Of a DNA stretch of 64,000 nucleotides, positions 63,659 through 64,000 are shown one piece after another (within the stretch, counting starts at the first letter, position 1; the number at the start of each line of letters is the position of its first letter). The translations under genes were made by a program, and so were the position numbers. The stretch comes from Burkholderiales bacterium (GTDB taxonomy: Bacteria; Pseudomonadota; Gammaproteobacteria; Burkholderiales; SG8-41), in contig CAXNMF010000016.1 in assembly GCA_964203275.1 (NCBI GenBank), positions 7,723-71,722 on the forward strand. Reading direction: 5' to 3'. The notes below the pieces were generated by a model. It worked only from the letters and a program-made list of their open reading frames with translations. It was not told where the DNA came from and did not search any database.

Positions 63659-64000
63659 ATGCCGTGGCGTGACTGGCAGGACGATATCGAAAGACAATTC
63701 AACCCGCGGGCATGGGCGACCGATGTCGAAGCCCAGCATGCGCTGCGCGGCAAATTGTCCAAAGAAGCGCGTGAGCGGCTGAAGGGCGAGTTTGATGTGG
63801 CTTATGGCGATACGCCGCGGCAGGCGCTGGACATTTACCACGCAGGCAACGGTACTGCGCCCATCGTCGTTTATCTGCACGGCGGCTACTGGCGCGTCGG
63901 TGAAAAAGAAAAGCAGGCGATCCTCGCCGAACCGCTGGTGCAGTCGGGTTTCCCGGTGGTGATGCTCGGCACCGACCTCTGCCCGGCGGTGACCCTCGAC
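63659..64000 (+). CDS. Alpha/beta hydrolase (arylformamidase/esterase-like), 3' end outside the window; not present in the supplied ORF track
   Basis: My own translation from ATG 63659 (RBS AAGGGGAGGG) is open to the window end: MPWRDWQDDIERQFNPRAW...PIVVYLHGGYWRVGEKE, which carries the HGGxW oxyanion motif. Confidence 0.65.
   Translation, partial: MPWRDWQDDIERQFNPRAWATDVEAQHALRGKLSKEARERLKGEFDVAYGDTPRQALDIYHAGNGTAPIVVYLHGGYWRVGEKEKQAILAEPLVQSGFPVVMLGTDLCPAVTLD

Noticed and set aside
1-64000. Search for CRISPR arrays, tRNA/rRNA genes, IS elements, integrases and phage genes
   Set aside because: I saw no spaced direct-repeat array, no cloverleaf-like or rRNA-like segment in the intergenic regions I read, and no transposase or integrase-like translation in the ORF track. 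A tRNAscan/Infernal run would be needed to exclude small RNAs formally.

Overview
High-GC (about 60-68% by spot counts) chromosomal segment that looks betaproteobacterial (Burkholderiales-like). It is densely packed with catabolic and metabolic genes. I found no rRNA, tRNA, CRISPR array, transposase, integrase or phage gene. The dominant theme is eight Bug/TctC-family periplasmic solute-binding paralogs, one of them frameshifted, scattered among small enzyme clusters: a Mo-oxidoreductase, Gfo/Idh/MocA, OYE flavin reductase, an E1alpha/E1beta/E2 2-oxoacid dehydrogenase operon, two M24 peptidases, a LeuCD-like hydratase, MmgE/PrpD plus a flavoprotein, and an IclR-controlled monooxygenase/VOC island that is visibly AT-richer. 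Local regulators are GntR/FadR, IclR, Crp/Fnr and LysR. The candidates most worth a second look are: (1) an orphan CbbQ/NorQ-type AAA+ plus CbbO/NorD-type VWA pair followed by mgtC. It has no RuBisCO or NO reductase nearby and is divergent from a Cys-less ICL/PEP-mutase-family enzyme and two unknown proteins. (2) A tightly linked pair of a secreted HExxH mini-protein and a 598-aa zeta-toxin-like P-loop kinase with large unknown extensions. (3) Three about 100-130 bp structured palindromic elements sitting in the intercistronic gaps of the 2-oxoacid dehydrogenase operon. (4) Shared AT-rich operator-like motifs and FNR-type boxes. (5) A lipoprotein PLD with a co-transcribed secreted partner. All functional calls come from reading motifs in the translations by eye. 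No database search was run.
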